NCBI GenBank assembly: GCA_964187785.1
Contig: OZ076409.1
Span: 5,644,001 to 5,708,000, forward strand
From: Amphiscolops sp. MND2022
Lineage: Eukaryota
DNA length: 64,000 bases
Reading direction: 5' to 3'
This document shows, one piece after another, positions 35,001 to 47,704 of the stretch. Positions within the stretch are counted from its first letter, which is position 1. Every line of letters starts with the position of its first letter. The position numbers and the translations under genes were made by a program. The notes beneath the pieces were generated by a model. That model saw only the letters and a program-made list of their open reading frames with translations. It had not been told where the DNA came from and did not search any database.

Positions 35001-37123
35001 TTTAAGTTTTTGGAAAAGACTTTCGTGTTCGTCTGTCCATTTCCAAGGAGTGTTCTCATGTAAAAGATCGTAAAATGGTTTGAGTTTAATATGTAGTTTT
35101 TCAATAAATTTGGTGTAAAAATTGAGTGCACCAATGAAACTCATTACGGCAACTTTTCCAGTTGGAGAAGAGATTTTGTGAATAGCTGCAATTTTCGAAT
35201 GAATTGGTTTAATTGTATTGTAACCAATTTCAAGTCCAAGAAATTTGTCTTTAAGGAGCATGAAAAATGATTTTTCAGGGGCTAGTTTAAAATTGTTTTT
35301 TGTACTGATTATGTGTAATTGTTCTATGAGTTGGAAGATGTGTTCTTTAGAGTCAGATAAAAGTAATATATCGTCAAGGTAGACAAGAGCAAAACCTTGT
35401 TCTATAGGAGTTTTAAAGAAGGTAGACATTTGTTTTGTAAAGAAGTTTGGGAGTCCTTTGAGACCATAAAAGCCTCGGATGAAAGCGAAAAGTTTATCTC
35501 CTGAGGAGAAACTGGTAAGTTTAATAGTGTTTTCATCAAGAGGTGTATGTGCATAGGCATACATAAGATCACTAGCAGATTTGTACTTTTCGTTTGCGCG
35601 TGCTAATTGTGGAGCGAGAGGTTCAATAGGCCAAGATTCATCAGATTGTTCTGTATTGGAGTTAAGATGTCGAGCGTCTAAGACACATTTTATAGTATCT
35701 CCCTTGGGGATTATAATGAGAGGGTTTAAATAAGTTGTGCCATAAACGGGTTTGTCTTGTGGAGAGGAAACAATTTGTTTGATAATGTTATTTTTTCCGA
35801 GTTTTTTGAGAAGTACTTTAAGTCTCGGTAGTGAATAGGGACTTTAGAAGGACGTTTTGTCATAAGTTGAGCATTAGGTTTAAGTCGAATACGGAAGGGC
35901 GTTGAAATTTTTCCGACATCGTTTTTATGAGTTGCTTAACATGTTTTATACTTGAGTAACATATTGCAAAGAGTAATGTATTCGGTGTCTGTAAGGTCAG
36001 AAAATTGGAAGTTAAATTTATTAATAAATTTCAGATTTTCAGAAGTGTATGGTAGAGAAGGAAAAATGCGTTTTTCGGAAGTATGAGAAGTAGGCTGAAC
36101 GTTGTATAAAGGAGACGTTTGATTTGGAATGTCATCGTTTGTCATAAAAATTTGATGTAAGGAGAATTGAGGAGGAGGGGTTGTAGGATCATCGTATTGT
36201 ACAATATAGTTAATTTGTGGAAGTGGTTCAGTGATTTCAGGATGGTAGGTAGAGGTAACATTATGTATTAAAGTGTTAAAATCATTAACATGGAAGAATT
36301 TGGGTTTTTCTTTAGTAATTGGAACTTCAATGTATCCAATATGTCCTGTAGGTAGTGTTGCAACAAGTTTTGAGGTGTTTTGGATGATAGTTGCACAAAT
36401 ATCTGGTTTGTCATCAGTGAATACTTCAATGAAATCGAAATTTGTACGAAATTTAGTAGCAAAATAGGTATGAGGTACTGAAGGGAAGAAGTGGTTTTGT
36501 GGTGTTGTAAAATGGAGGTTATGATAATTTTTCATTGGAAAGTGTGCAATTTTTGAAGACTTGGGTTTTAGACGTATTTGAGTTTTTGAATTAATTCTAT
36601 AGATGTAAGAGAAATATGGATAGTCTTTAGATAGGAGTGTTGTGAACTTTGCATAATTTGAGTGTGTTTTTGATTGGTATTTGAATTCGAGTGTAAAGTC
36701 TTGCATGTTTATGTTTTGTATATTGTCTTCAAAAAATGGTGTGCCAAGAATGTTGTATTTGATATCAGCTACTGCAAAAGGTACCGAAAAGTAACGGGAG
36801 TTTTCATCAATAGTAGTGTTCAAAATTATATTTGCATAATGTAAAATAGGAACTTCAGTTTGGTTTGCAAAGGTTAATGTTTTGGAATTTCGAGTTGTTC
36901 TAACATCAGAAGTGTGATTTGATCTGATATCTAAGAGTTTCGTAAGAGTTATGTATGTTGGGTAATTTAATACAGAAATGGAAGCACCGCTATCTAGAAG
37001 GAATGCAATTTCCAATCTAGATGGGTTGTCTCTTTGTACTATACTTGATGGTGTATGTACATACAATGTACAAAACCAACTTGTAGGTTTGACAGCATTT
37101 GCCATTGCTGTTGGGTGATACAT
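32082..37123 (-). pseudogene. pol: pol of element A: protease, RT, RNase H, integrase (frameshifted)
   Basis: LLDSGAS; YLDD; VDAS...RELLGI...TDHKPL...ADMLSR; ISMD, DRGSEY, TNGLVE and IGPY. Confidence 0.95.
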
Positions 37124-40100
37124 GTGTACTTGAAGGGTCTTGGTCCTGAAGTCTGGTCTCTTGGTCTTGAACGTGGTCTGTATGAATTTGTATATTTTGT
37201 GAATTTGTTGTCTCTGGAATAGGAGCGTGATCTGTATCTAGGACGAGAGTTGTGTCGATATGGGGATCTGTATGAAGATCTGTAGGGAGAACGGTAATAC
37301 CGGGAATCACGTTTGTATGTATCATATCGTGATCTAGAGTAGTGTGGACGAGTAGTACTCTTATCGTAACTAAATCTATCTCTAGATGTAGAACGGTATC
37401 GATTTTGTGAATAGTTTTTATTGTTAGAGTTGTCTCGTGAAGTACTTCGACTTCGGTATCGATTATCATAGTGTTTTGTTCTATCGTTGGAAGGAGAACG
37501 GAAGTATTGTACAAAAGATTTTTGTGGAGATTTTGATCTAGCATTTGCTTCTCGTTTGTCTTCATCATCTCGTTGCTTTTTGAAACAAGCAGAAATGGAG
37601 TGATTTGTTCTATGACAGTATGAGCAATATGCCTTATATGCAGGATTACTTTTGTTATTTGGATCTTTGAGTTGTGTAAACATAAGTTGTTCTTGAGATG
37701 AAGGGTCAAGAGTTTGAGTGTTCAATTGTTTTGTAATATTATTAATTTCAAGTGCAAGGTCATGTGTTCTGATTTTGTCGTTTGCAATATCTTCAGCGTC
37801 AACAAGTTTTACTAATGTATGAAAAGGAATTGAAGGTTCTAAAACAGTGGAAGTGTGTTTTACTTGCCTTTTGTTTGCAAAGTCTTTAGGATTTTTTGGA
37901 AGTCCTTTTGTAAAGATTTCAATACATTTAAGGTTAATAGTGGATGCATTCTCATTACACCAGCCTTTTTCAACCAGCTGTTGAACTTTGAGTGCAAAAT
38001 GGCGTACTGTTTCATATCTTTCTTGGTTAAATTAAGGGCTTCAACTTGAGCATAAAAAGCGTTCTTTTGTGAGGAAAATTGTTATTTGAAAGCTTGTAGA
38101 AAAGCGTGCCAATCATGTTTATAGGTTTCGTTTAAACAAATGTACCAACTAAGTGCTGTACCTGTTAGAGAGCATTGTATGAAAGCCATGCGACGAGCGT
38201 GCCAAAATTTATATTCATGTTCTGATGTAGGTTGTAAACCTAAGGAAAATGCAACACGTGCCTCGATATGTTGTAAATATTCTTCAGGTGTATAATTATG
38301 ATCTAGTCCATCAAAAAGTTTAATGGGTTCTGATATAGAAGTGGAAGAGTTAATATATGTTGGGTGTGACATAGTATTATGAGATATGGTAGAGGGTGGT
38401 GTTGTATTGTAAGTAGGATTATTCGAAATACTAGTTAGGGAAGTAGTAGAAGTGTTACGAAAATGAGGGTTGGTTCTAATTGTTGTTGAAGGAGGACTTT
38501 GTATTTGAAATTGGGAAGTTTGTAATGTAGGTGTGGTTGTATTAGACGTATGTTGAAAAGAAAGAGTATTTAATGAATTGGGTGTGTTGTAATAATCTGA
38601 GATTGTTGTGTATGACTTGGATTAGTACTGGTAAGACTGTACGATAATGGATTAGTTAATATAGTTTGTAATGGAGGTCGAGAAAGATGTCTGGCAGTGG
38701 TATAATTAAAGGATGGGTTGGAACGAATGGTGTTAATATTTAAGGTAGGTTGTGTAGTTTGTACTGGGTTAGTTTGAGCTGGAGTATAAGTTGAAGTTTG
38801 TATTTCAGAAGGTGATGGTGGGGTTGGTGTTTGAAAATGTACTGTATTAGTGTTCTGTGTAATATGATGTGTATTTGATGAGCTTTGTTGAGGAGAATTA
38901 TGGGTGTTTATCTGAGTTGAGAAATGAGGTGGAACAGAAGGTGGATTATAATTTCGAGGAGATGGTACTTGTGTCTGAGAGGGTTGTGTAATATTAGTAT
39001 TGGATGTAAATAACACAGAGGTATTGTCTGGATTTGTAGTTAAAGTGTTGTCTTGACTTTGGTTGTTAAATTCGTTTTGTGTGATATTGTGGGTAGGAAT
39101 TAGTATAAGATTTGAATCATCAGTTATTGTAAAACTTCGTGTATTTTGTACAGTTTCTTCAGAGAATTCTGATGTATCGTGAATTGTAGTTGTTTCAGAA
39201 GGATTTGGTTGTTGTATATCTCAGATTTGTGATAGTGGTGGGTATAGTGGTTGTTCTTGAGGAGGATCAGAATTTTGAAAAAGGTTAGCAAGGGCTTCTT
39301 TTTCTGATTGTTCTGATTGTTGTCTCGTATATAAAGGTTCAACATTAGAGGTTTGTTCTTCAGGAGTTGTTTCAGGAGAAGTATTGGATGTAGTAAAAGG
39401 TCGGTTATCTGATGTTTCAGAATGTTCAACTAAAAAGTTGTGATCTAGGCTTAATTGTTCAAAATGTGTAACATTAAATGGTGTATGATCTCTGTAGTGT
39501 AAATGTTTGTTTTCATTTTTTATGATGTAAGGTAAAAGTTCTGTGTGTGTTAGTATTTGAGGGAAGTTAATGTAAGCTTGTTGATCTTTTTGTTCCCAAA
39601 GTAATTGATAGTTAAATCTAAGAAAGTTTAATAGGAATTGAGTAAAAATTTTCACTTGAGGTGTAGTGTCATCCGTAAGAAAAATGTTGTTAAAGAATCT
39701 GTATTGAAAATTTTTTATTTGTAAGATATCTCGTTGTAGCCAATAATGAGGGTTATCATGTCTTTGAACTTTTGTGTCAAGATCGGGGACCTCGAAATAT
39801 TCAGATCTGTGTCTTAGTTCTTGTAGGTGAGAAGGACAATAAAGTGGTGTGTCTTGGTTTTCATTGAATTCGATGAGTTTTTGCATATATGTGCGGAAAA
39901 CATCTTGTATAGAAAGTGTAATATTTTGTGGGTGAATGGTTCTATAAAATGTTCCAGAGCTTATACCTTTAACTGGGTTAAAAGTAACTTGAAAATTGGT
40001 TTGTGATGATGTTATTTCAAGTGTTTTGTATCGAATGTAATAAAGATAAGAATCACAATGTTCTCGTGCTAATGGAATAGTATGTACTGTATGGGGTTCT

Positions 40101-40222
40101 GTTTCGAATGGAAGTGGATTTGTGTACTGAAAGATGATGTTATTTAGAAAAGGTGTTACATCTTGTATGAGAGATCGATTTTGTCTTTTTTCTGTAGTTA
40201 ATGTAAATGGAGTGGGAAGCAT
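37039..40222 (-). pseudogene. gag: gag of element A (frameshifted)
   Basis: 39221-40222 N-terminal domain; SLTGTALSWY; CSYCHRTNHSISAC knuckle; RS-rich tail. Confidence 0.87.
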
Positions 40223-40237
40223 TATATGGTATAACGT

Positions 40238-40471
40238 TTAGTTAGTATAATAAGATTGCCATAAAGGATAGATGTATTGGAAAAGAAGATATTTTGTATT
40301 GAATTGTGAGTTATATGGTAAGATTTGTTCTATGAATACAACTTGTAAGAAAATTGTAAGTGCTGTACTTATGAAAAGAAGGAATGGGTTTTTTATATAT
40401 TGGATTAGTGTATAAAAAGTGTGGTAAATACTAAGCAGTCCAAAAAGAGGTAGTACTATACTTGTTAACAT
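40238..40471 (-). CDS. 77-aa hydrophobic upstream ORF of element A
   Basis: Two hydrophobic stretches; ends 15 nt before the gag ATG, the same position as uORF3 of B and D. Confidence 0.5.
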   Translation of the reverse strand: MLTSIVLPLFGLLSIYHTFYTLIQYIKNPFLLFISTALTIFLQVVFIEQILPYNSQFNTKYLLFQYIYPLWQSYYTN

Positions 40472-40490
40472 AGAAGAAAAAGGTTGTACT

Positions 40491-40613
40491 TTAAAATTTT
40501 GGTATGAATGAAATTAGGAAATTGTCAAGAAAAAGTGCAAGACCGGCAACGATAGCAACAAAGAACCAAAAGCAGACAATGAGCTTAACTACAGTGTCTA
40601 CTGAAGGCGGCAT
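40491..40613 (-). CDS. 40-aa predicted single-TM upstream ORF1 of element A
   Basis: MPPSVDTVVKLIVCFWFFVAIVAGLALFLDNFLISFIPKF; ends in the shared D[KN]FxIxF[IL]P motif. Confidence 0.6.
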   Translation of the reverse strand: MPPSVDTVVKLIVCFWFFVAIVAGLALFLDNFLISFIPKF

Positions 40614-41048
40614 GTACAATAAAGTTCTATTAAGAGTATGTAGTTCTATTAAGAGTATGTCAAGGAAATTGTATAAAAATTTATTATATAAATGTATGAA
40701 AAAATGAAAGTTGTATAAAAAGAAATATGTGATATATTTGTTATATATTTTAATTGTTATGTATTTGGATCCGTTAACTAGTTTTGAAAGAGTGTTGTAT
40801 GATGTTTGTACTATAGAAGAGATAAAAAGAAAAGTGTTATAATGGTGTTATGTAAAAAATATATGTCATTTAGGTGTGCCAACTTTAAAGTAGATCTGGG
40901 CGGCTAGAACCAAAGAGTTTTTTTACTAGCAGGAATCGCTGGTTAGCACTGTAGAAGGGCCAACACGTATCGCACATCTGCGGTTGGAACGGAAGAAAGA
41001 GAGAAAGCCAAAACGAATTCACTCAGAGGTGGTTGGAACGAAAAATTT

Positions 41049-41180
41049 ACTGACAGGAATTACGTTAAGAAACGCAGTCAGAACCAAAAAATATGACTGA
41101 CAAGAATTACGTTGAGAAACGCAGTCAGAAGCAAGAAATGTAACTGACAGGAATTACGTGAAAGGACGTAGTCAGAACCA
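41049..41180 (-). repeat. Three ~47-bp hairpin leader repeats (element A)
   Basis: ctgacaggaattacgttaagaaacgcagtcag and two variants. Confidence 0.85.
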
Positions 41181-41361
41181 TAGCAACACGAATCAATTTC
41201 GAAAAGAAATTGGTTGCAACGTTGAAGTTAATAACGGTAAGCAATATTGAGAGGTGGAGAAACTGTGTGTCGAACAAAGAGATATCGGATGAGAAAGTCG
41301 AGAAAAGGTGTACAAAAATTGTAGAGTTGTGACATGAATGGGAGAGAAAGAAGAATTTTCT

Positions 41362-41372
41362 TGGTCGCATCA
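41362..41372 (-). promoter_or_regulatory. Primer-binding site, element A (one mismatch to B)
   Basis: Plus-strand tggtcgcatca, 2 nt from the LTR. Confidence 0.7.
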
Positions 41373-41374
41373 AT

Positions 41375-41635
41375 TGAGCTGTTAAAAAGTAGTGTTGTAT
41401 TTTCTTTTAGATGTTTTATTACAGACATAAGAAGTCTAAGATTTTAACAGCAGAGTCGTCTTACTTTATACCTTGTAGCTAGCTAGTTCTTGGTACAATC
41501 TATTTCTGAGATCTCATTTCTTGAAGTGCTGGAGAGAAGACCGATCGTCAGGATGAATTCTCAATTTCTCGGAGTAGATATATTCTATTAACTAGGGTAG
41601 GTTTCATCAATTAACAATGTGACAGCAACAGGATG
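41375..41635 (-). repeat. 5' LTR of element A, first fragment (split by C)
   Basis: Matches 6277-~6537. Confidence 0.93.
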
Positions 41636-42365
41636 TGTAACGATAAGCGCTGGCGCTTGAACCGCAACGTAGAGTGGAGGAACTAGAACAGCGAATATAA
41701 TCTGGGACCTAGATCTCCGCGGCCCTAGCTCATTTTCCCTCCGAAGGAGCCAGTCCCAAGGTCGGGGAACCGTCTTGTAGGACGCTCTCTGGCCTGGTCC
41801 TAGTCTGTAACTGCTAAAAGTAACAGGCATCTTGCAAGACTCAAGACCACTGCTCAACTAGCCTTTAAAAACTGGGCTGAAAATCGATGAAGGTTGAACC
41901 GTAACATTGGAGAACCTGATAAAATCGCCAAATTGGTTAAACAGATGTTAAACAACAGCTCTCGAGCATATTAATCTACCACATCGAAAAATACAACAAG
42001 AAATCAAGAGTTCAGAGTCATTTGATGAAAATTGACCTCAGGTTCCCAGCGCTAGCGCTAGTTGCCACACAGGATACCGCAGGGATACTCAGGCGAACAT
42101 CTGGAACACTGGTTTCCTTTACTGTAGTAATGGATATCTCCTAGAGATTGACACAATACTGTGTTCTGTATGCGTTGGGGACGTCTTTTTAGTCGTCTCC
42201 GGTGCTTGTTCGTCGCGAGCGGCGATTTCTGCTTTTCTGGGGTGCTTTTTCTGGCAGGTACTTCGTCTTGAGCATGTTTGAGTGCCACGTCAAATTTGAA
42301 CGAATTTTTGACAAAATTTTCTAAACATGTCGGTTGATATTGCTGTACCAGAGCTTGCCGTTACA
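41636..42365 (-). repeat. 3' LTR of element C
   Basis: Matches 59513-60242. Confidence 0.97.
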
Positions 42366-42374
42366 TCACTCCCC
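42366..42374 (-). promoter_or_regulatory. Polypurine tract, element C
   Basis: GGGGAGTGA directly before the 3' LTR on the element strand. Confidence 0.75.
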
Positions 42375-43121
42375 AGGCTCCTGGCTTGCCGTCCCTGGCA
42401 AGCGGCGTCTGGGTCGTCTGGGAACTGCATCACAGTGACTGCTGGGAACCATCATCCACACATTGGGGAACAAGGACGAGTCCTTGTTTTTCGGCAACAA
42501 TTTTGGTCGACTTTGCGGTTTTTTTTGGAAAAAAAAGAACTTACTGCCTAGCTATTTGTACAAAACACGAACGAGGTTTTAGCACCAGCTCGAGAGCTAC
42601 AGTTTTCAGCCGGTTAAAACTCGTTTGGGCAGTCAACTTATGTAAAAACTTTTTTGCGACCAAAGTCGGCTAAAATTTCTTTTCCTTACCATTTGAGACT
42701 TCTAGTCTTCAATTCATTTCAGGCGATTAAAAACTTTTTTTAGAGCTTGGGGGCTCTTACGGTGAACAACCAACTTGATGAAGAACACTAGACTAGAAAG
42801 AAACGCAATCAAGAGGGATAAGACTTCTTTTGATTATGACAACTCAAAAACACCGCGAACGGTGCGCAACAAAAAATGATAGCTTTTTGAACAATAGTTT
42901 TCTTTTCTTTCTGCTTGGTGACTCAAGCCACTGGGGCAGGCGTACTCTATTGGCCGTAAAACCAGTGCAACACTAATGGTACACTAATTATATAACCATA
43001 ACTAAGAACAAAAATTGCACTCTGTACTGTAGCACCGTTCTGGATGAGAAGTTTTGAGGCACTGTTTGTTGGCAGTTTATGAGGGTATAGGGAGCGCGAA
43101 CGCTCCCATTAGCGGCTGGGT

Positions 43122-46100
43122 TTATTGAGCTGAACTGCGTCGGGTCCGCTCTTTAGTGGCATCATCTAGGTTCTGTTCTGGGTTATCAGTCGACACTGAC
43201 GCTCGACGTCGGGGAGAAACTTCTGTGGTAACTGTTTCAGAGTCCGACGGACTTTCGGGGAGCGACAACTCGGCAATAGGCTGCACTAGTGCTGCATTGG
43301 GAGTCAATTCGGCAGTGTGCTCTCCGGACTGCTGCTGCGAGGACTGAGGGCTCGTTCGCGACGAAGACGGGCCAACTGGGTCTGGCTCCAAGTTATGGGT
43401 TGGAAGGTTAATGGTGATCGGTTGAGAGATGGGCCGATCCAAAGACATCGCAATCGTTGGTGCGAGCATGGTAGGCGCGAACGCCTGTTGTCTCGCTATC
43501 TCTGCTCTACCTTCTACCGCTAGTGCTACACGGCGTGAGATCCATCCAGATTGGCTCCAGAGCTCGCAAGCTCTCTTCGATTTAGGGAAGCTTGCAATCT
43601 CCAACTCCAGACAGTACTCTTCCGATCTCGCTCGTTCTGTTGAGCCCAACACGGAATTTATCTCATCGTGCTGAACGATGGACATATCTCCAGACATGGT
43701 CATCTTTCCCGTAGGTTTCCATGCCGACTTCCTGGGGAATGCGCTAACGCGGGATTGGAGATTCCTTTGCCTGATCTGAGCAGCGCCTTCAATCCATCCT
43801 GGGATCTGGGCTGACTCCAAGTGTTGGATTTGGCGGTTGAACACCTCTGGGGCGCGTCCAACGGGTTTCGCCCTAGGCCAACCTAACGGCTCCTTCCAAT
43901 AGCGGTTTGGGAAGGCGATGCATTTGAAGCAGTATAAAGGGTCCACAGGTGGACCAGCACTAGTGCTGGCGCGAATCGCCTTTCTTATGAACTCTTGACT
44001 CCAGGGGAACCTAAAGGGGACCCCTTCCAAACTGAGAGGTGCAGAGTACCAGTTCACTGGTCCATGCTCTCGGGGTAGAGGACAAGCTTTCCTGGTGCGC
44101 GCGCGCAGCAAACCCATCAGGTTCTCCTCCAACTCTCTTTCGGATTTTATGGTCGTGTACCCATGCGGCATCTCACCACTCAGCACTGCATGTATTACCC
44201 TTGGATACGCCAGCGAGGGACGGCCCCGCAGGTAGGTACTAAAGGAGACCATGTGTACTTGGACGGCTGTTGCCAATGGTTTTGTTGGGTATCGGCACAC
44301 GCCCACTGCGCCAAAGATAGGGGCCAAGACAGGAGCCATGGCTGCCAGGAAATCTTCTACTTCAGCCAGGGTCAGATCTACAATCTGCTGCGGCAAGGAG
44401 AATCCTGCCGTTTCCCGTGGGATCTGCTGGTCTGAGTTATGTAGTGGTTGGGATTGGTCCACGCCCACGAATAGACCGGAGGCGAACACCAGGGTGGAAT
44501 ATAGCCAGTGTTGGATTGACGCACGCATGCGCTCCAGTTGGGCGGAATAGTCTTGCTGGTCTTTGGAAGTCATCAAGTGTCCCTAGCGGGTCAGGCTGCG
44601 TAGTTGTCCTTGTGCTAGGACCAAGTAGCTGTAGAACACGGTGAGGTCGCAGGCAATCACTATGTCGACCAACAAGGCCAGTGGTCCGGCTACAAACTTG
44701 GTTGGACCCAACGCTAGCGCGAGCGCTAGTATTTCTCCGACAGTTGCCTCTCCAATCGTTTCTAGCAGCTTGTCCGTTTGCGTGGGGGTCAGCGAGAACT
44801 CAGAAGTTAGTACCTCAAGGTTCCATCCTAGACCAAGACTGGTACAGAAGGCTTCCAATGGACAATTGAGCTCTCGAGCTACTTCTGCCAGAGTTCTGGT
44901 GGCAAACCTAGTCTGGTACCAATAGGCATAAGTGGCGGCTGCGGCGTCCACCTCTGCCTTCAGGCTTGTTGCTTCCATTGCTACGATGCACCGCAGTCCT
45001 ACAGGCAGCTTCACGGGCTCGATTCCTGAGGCGAAGTGGATCTGAGGAATTGTTCTCTCGACGGTGCGCGCTGCAGGCCATGCACCAATTTGTTTTGTCA
45101 GGTCGTCTAATTCTGCGCGCACTGGGATTTCTTTGTCCTTTCGCACTAGCCAGTTGTACCGACGAACAGCTTCTCGTTCGGTTACGTTGGACTCTCGGGC
45201 AATGCGATTGCCGTCAAGGTCAAAGGCCAATCTGCCCATCCGCATTCCATAATCATAGAGGATAGCGTGATCAATGGATAGCTGGGCGTTTCCCGAGCGT
45301 TCTATAGCCACGAGCGCTCTAGATACGGCGGCAAAGAAGGCTGGATACGATAAGGTATCTGGGCGCAGGTCCTCTCGGTCCACACGCAAGTTTGGTGCAC
45401 AGATGGCGAATTCGACTCTGCGCGCCTTGCATACCTCCAGCAGAATGTAGACGAACTTCTGCAGACTTCGTGGCCAATACATGAATCCTGGTGGGGATAC
45501 AAAGAGCGCGAGCGCTCCCAGACGACCCCGAAGGATCCATGCGGCACGTTCCATTGCACCGACCACCTCATTTACCAGGGCGGCAATGTCTCCAAGTCGT
45601 CGGACATTGGACATTATGGCGTCCAGGTCATGCAGCAACCCTTCGCAAGCCATGTGATCCAGAAGATTGGCAAAGATCACGCGCTGTGGGGGTGGTTCCT
45701 TTTGTGATCCTCTTAAGTTTGGATCGTACATGGCTCCAACCATCTCAACGACCTCAGCGAAGCGAGACAGGGGCATAGTTAGCACCAACACGTCAGGCAT
45801 TAAATTGTCAATGGGAAGGTCACTTCGGCAAGTAGAATCAACCGCCATGCAGTAGCGCGCGCTGCAGAGCTGCTTGCAATAGTGGTTTCAAAGATCTCAC
45901 ATTGCGAGCGTAGCGGGCGTTTGCTTCCCATGTCTCACCTTCTCGCAACACATACCGTGCGGGGAATTGCTCAGTGATATTGTGTTGCAGGGGGGCCATG
46001 TAATCGTTGGTTGTCATAGGCAGCTGCTCTCGAGCACGCTGTTCCCAAGCCTGCTCCGACATGTCTGCGTCACGGGGCGGAGCGAACGCGTGACTTGCGC

Positions 46101-47419
46101 CGGTATCGTGGTTCGGTTAATCTCCTTTTGCTCCGTTTCAGTTGGAGGGGTCCTTTTCTTGATAGCGCATTGACTGGGATAGAGATGCTCAGCCGCCATC
46201 CAAATGCGTTTGGTGACTACTGAGCCGGATACGTCGTCAGATGGAGGGAGAAAGGCTGGAGGATGGGCTTCCTCCACCGTCTCAGGTATCTCCAGGGACA
46301 TATCGATTGGATTGGTGCCCGAGGGCACAGAGCTCACTTCCGAGCCTGCATCCGGATCTCCAATATTGTCCGATCGCGTCTGCTAAAGACATTTGAGGTG
46401 CGCTTCGGCCTAGATGACCCTCCCGGTACGGGGGCCTAGGGATGACCACACTCTTCAGCTGGGGCCGAGGTACATCAGCGCGCTTGTCGGGAGGGGGACG
46501 ACTAGTCGGGCTCTCGGTTACCGAGCCAGCTGGGGTAACTGAGACAGTTTCTTCAGTTAGCCGCTTTCTCCCCGCTTCTTCTCGTGTGCCAGTGGCAGCG
46601 CTTGCGCTGTTGCTCGGTCCAGCGACAATTTCCATATCCATAGACGCTGTCTCGACTAAGGGAGCAGGAGGGTCACAGCCCGCAGGGCTGAGCAGCAGCT
46701 TGCAGATACGTGGCTAGTCCAGGGATTCTCTGCTCTACGGCACGAACGAAATCGGTGGAGTTGGGATAGTTCGCCACTGCTTGCAAGGCCACAATTACGG
46801 CCTGTTCGCTGGTACTCCTTCCCGTCAGCTCTGGGTTGTGTATGGGTGGTAACCGGGACCCCGAGGGCTCCCGATCAGAGACTGGTGCATTAGTAGTGGT
46901 TTGCAGTACCATGTGTGGTGCTCGATATGAGGTTCCAAAGACAGGCGAACCGGAATAAGTTGGCGTCATTGGTACTGGCTTTGGTGCTGGTGGGGGCAGT
47001 GCGACCATCTGAGGAGGAGGCATTGTTGCTACGCTGGCAGGCACCAAACACAGTGAGGCTTCTTGCTCGAATCTCGTGCCTTGGCTGGGCCCGAGCATTG
47101 TGGTAGAACGTTCATCCAGGAACTCGTGCGTCAGATCGTGGCCATCCCACGCATTGTTTTGGCAGGTTAGGGTGCGACGGTAACCGGCTACTTCGGTCAC
47201 CAGAGACACGGATACGCCCGGCAGCGTCTGCATTGTGTCTAGTTGGGTGAGTAGGGCGGCCACGCCCGCTACTGCTAACGGTGAGAGGCCGTTCCTCAGT
47301 CGTTCTTCTACGTATTGGACTTGATTAGTCCTCTGCGCTCGCGCAGGCAATTCTTGAGTCCTACTGGCGTGAGGTCCCGTCGTGGAAATAGGTACCGTGT
47401 TGTTGGGGTAATAAGCCAT
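43122..47419 (-). pseudogene. Large third ORF of element C (frameshifts plus one in-frame TAG), with a candidate SGNH-like domain
   Basis: Consecutive ORFs 46673-47419, 46282-46641, 46014-46337, 45838-46062, 44583-45848 and 43122-44576; the last two are in the same frame. Confidence 0.7.
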
Positions 47420-47704
47420 TATATCATAGGTCTAAAAAGGATTACCGTTTGGCTTACCAAGTGCATTGTGGGGAGAGCTTAAGGCTCATCATTCGGCTGC
47501 AATAGTACAAAGATGGTTCCATAGGGGAACCGCAACAAGTTTAAATTGTAGTTCAACTAACTAATTAGAACACAAAGATAGAAGTTATCTAACGCTACGT
47601 TACAATGTAATCATTTCATGGGATGGTTTGATACTTCCTCCCAGGCATAACGATTATCGGGTGGGTGAATTGAATAGGGGGAAACAAAAAGTATTTTGAG
47701 CGGG

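Noticed and set aside
36240..36620. dUTPase between protease and RT
   Set aside because: Only a vague beta-rich spacer (IIQNTS...LPTGHIGYI); catalytic dUTPase motifs absent
21270..40222. Programmed frameshifting as the cause of the many frame breaks in A and B
   Set aside because: Breaks are numerous, differ between A and B and often lie in homopolymers; decay or sequencing error is more likely
41588..42288. Short ORFs inside the C LTRs
   Set aside because: Duplicated only because the LTR is duplicated; no coding evidence
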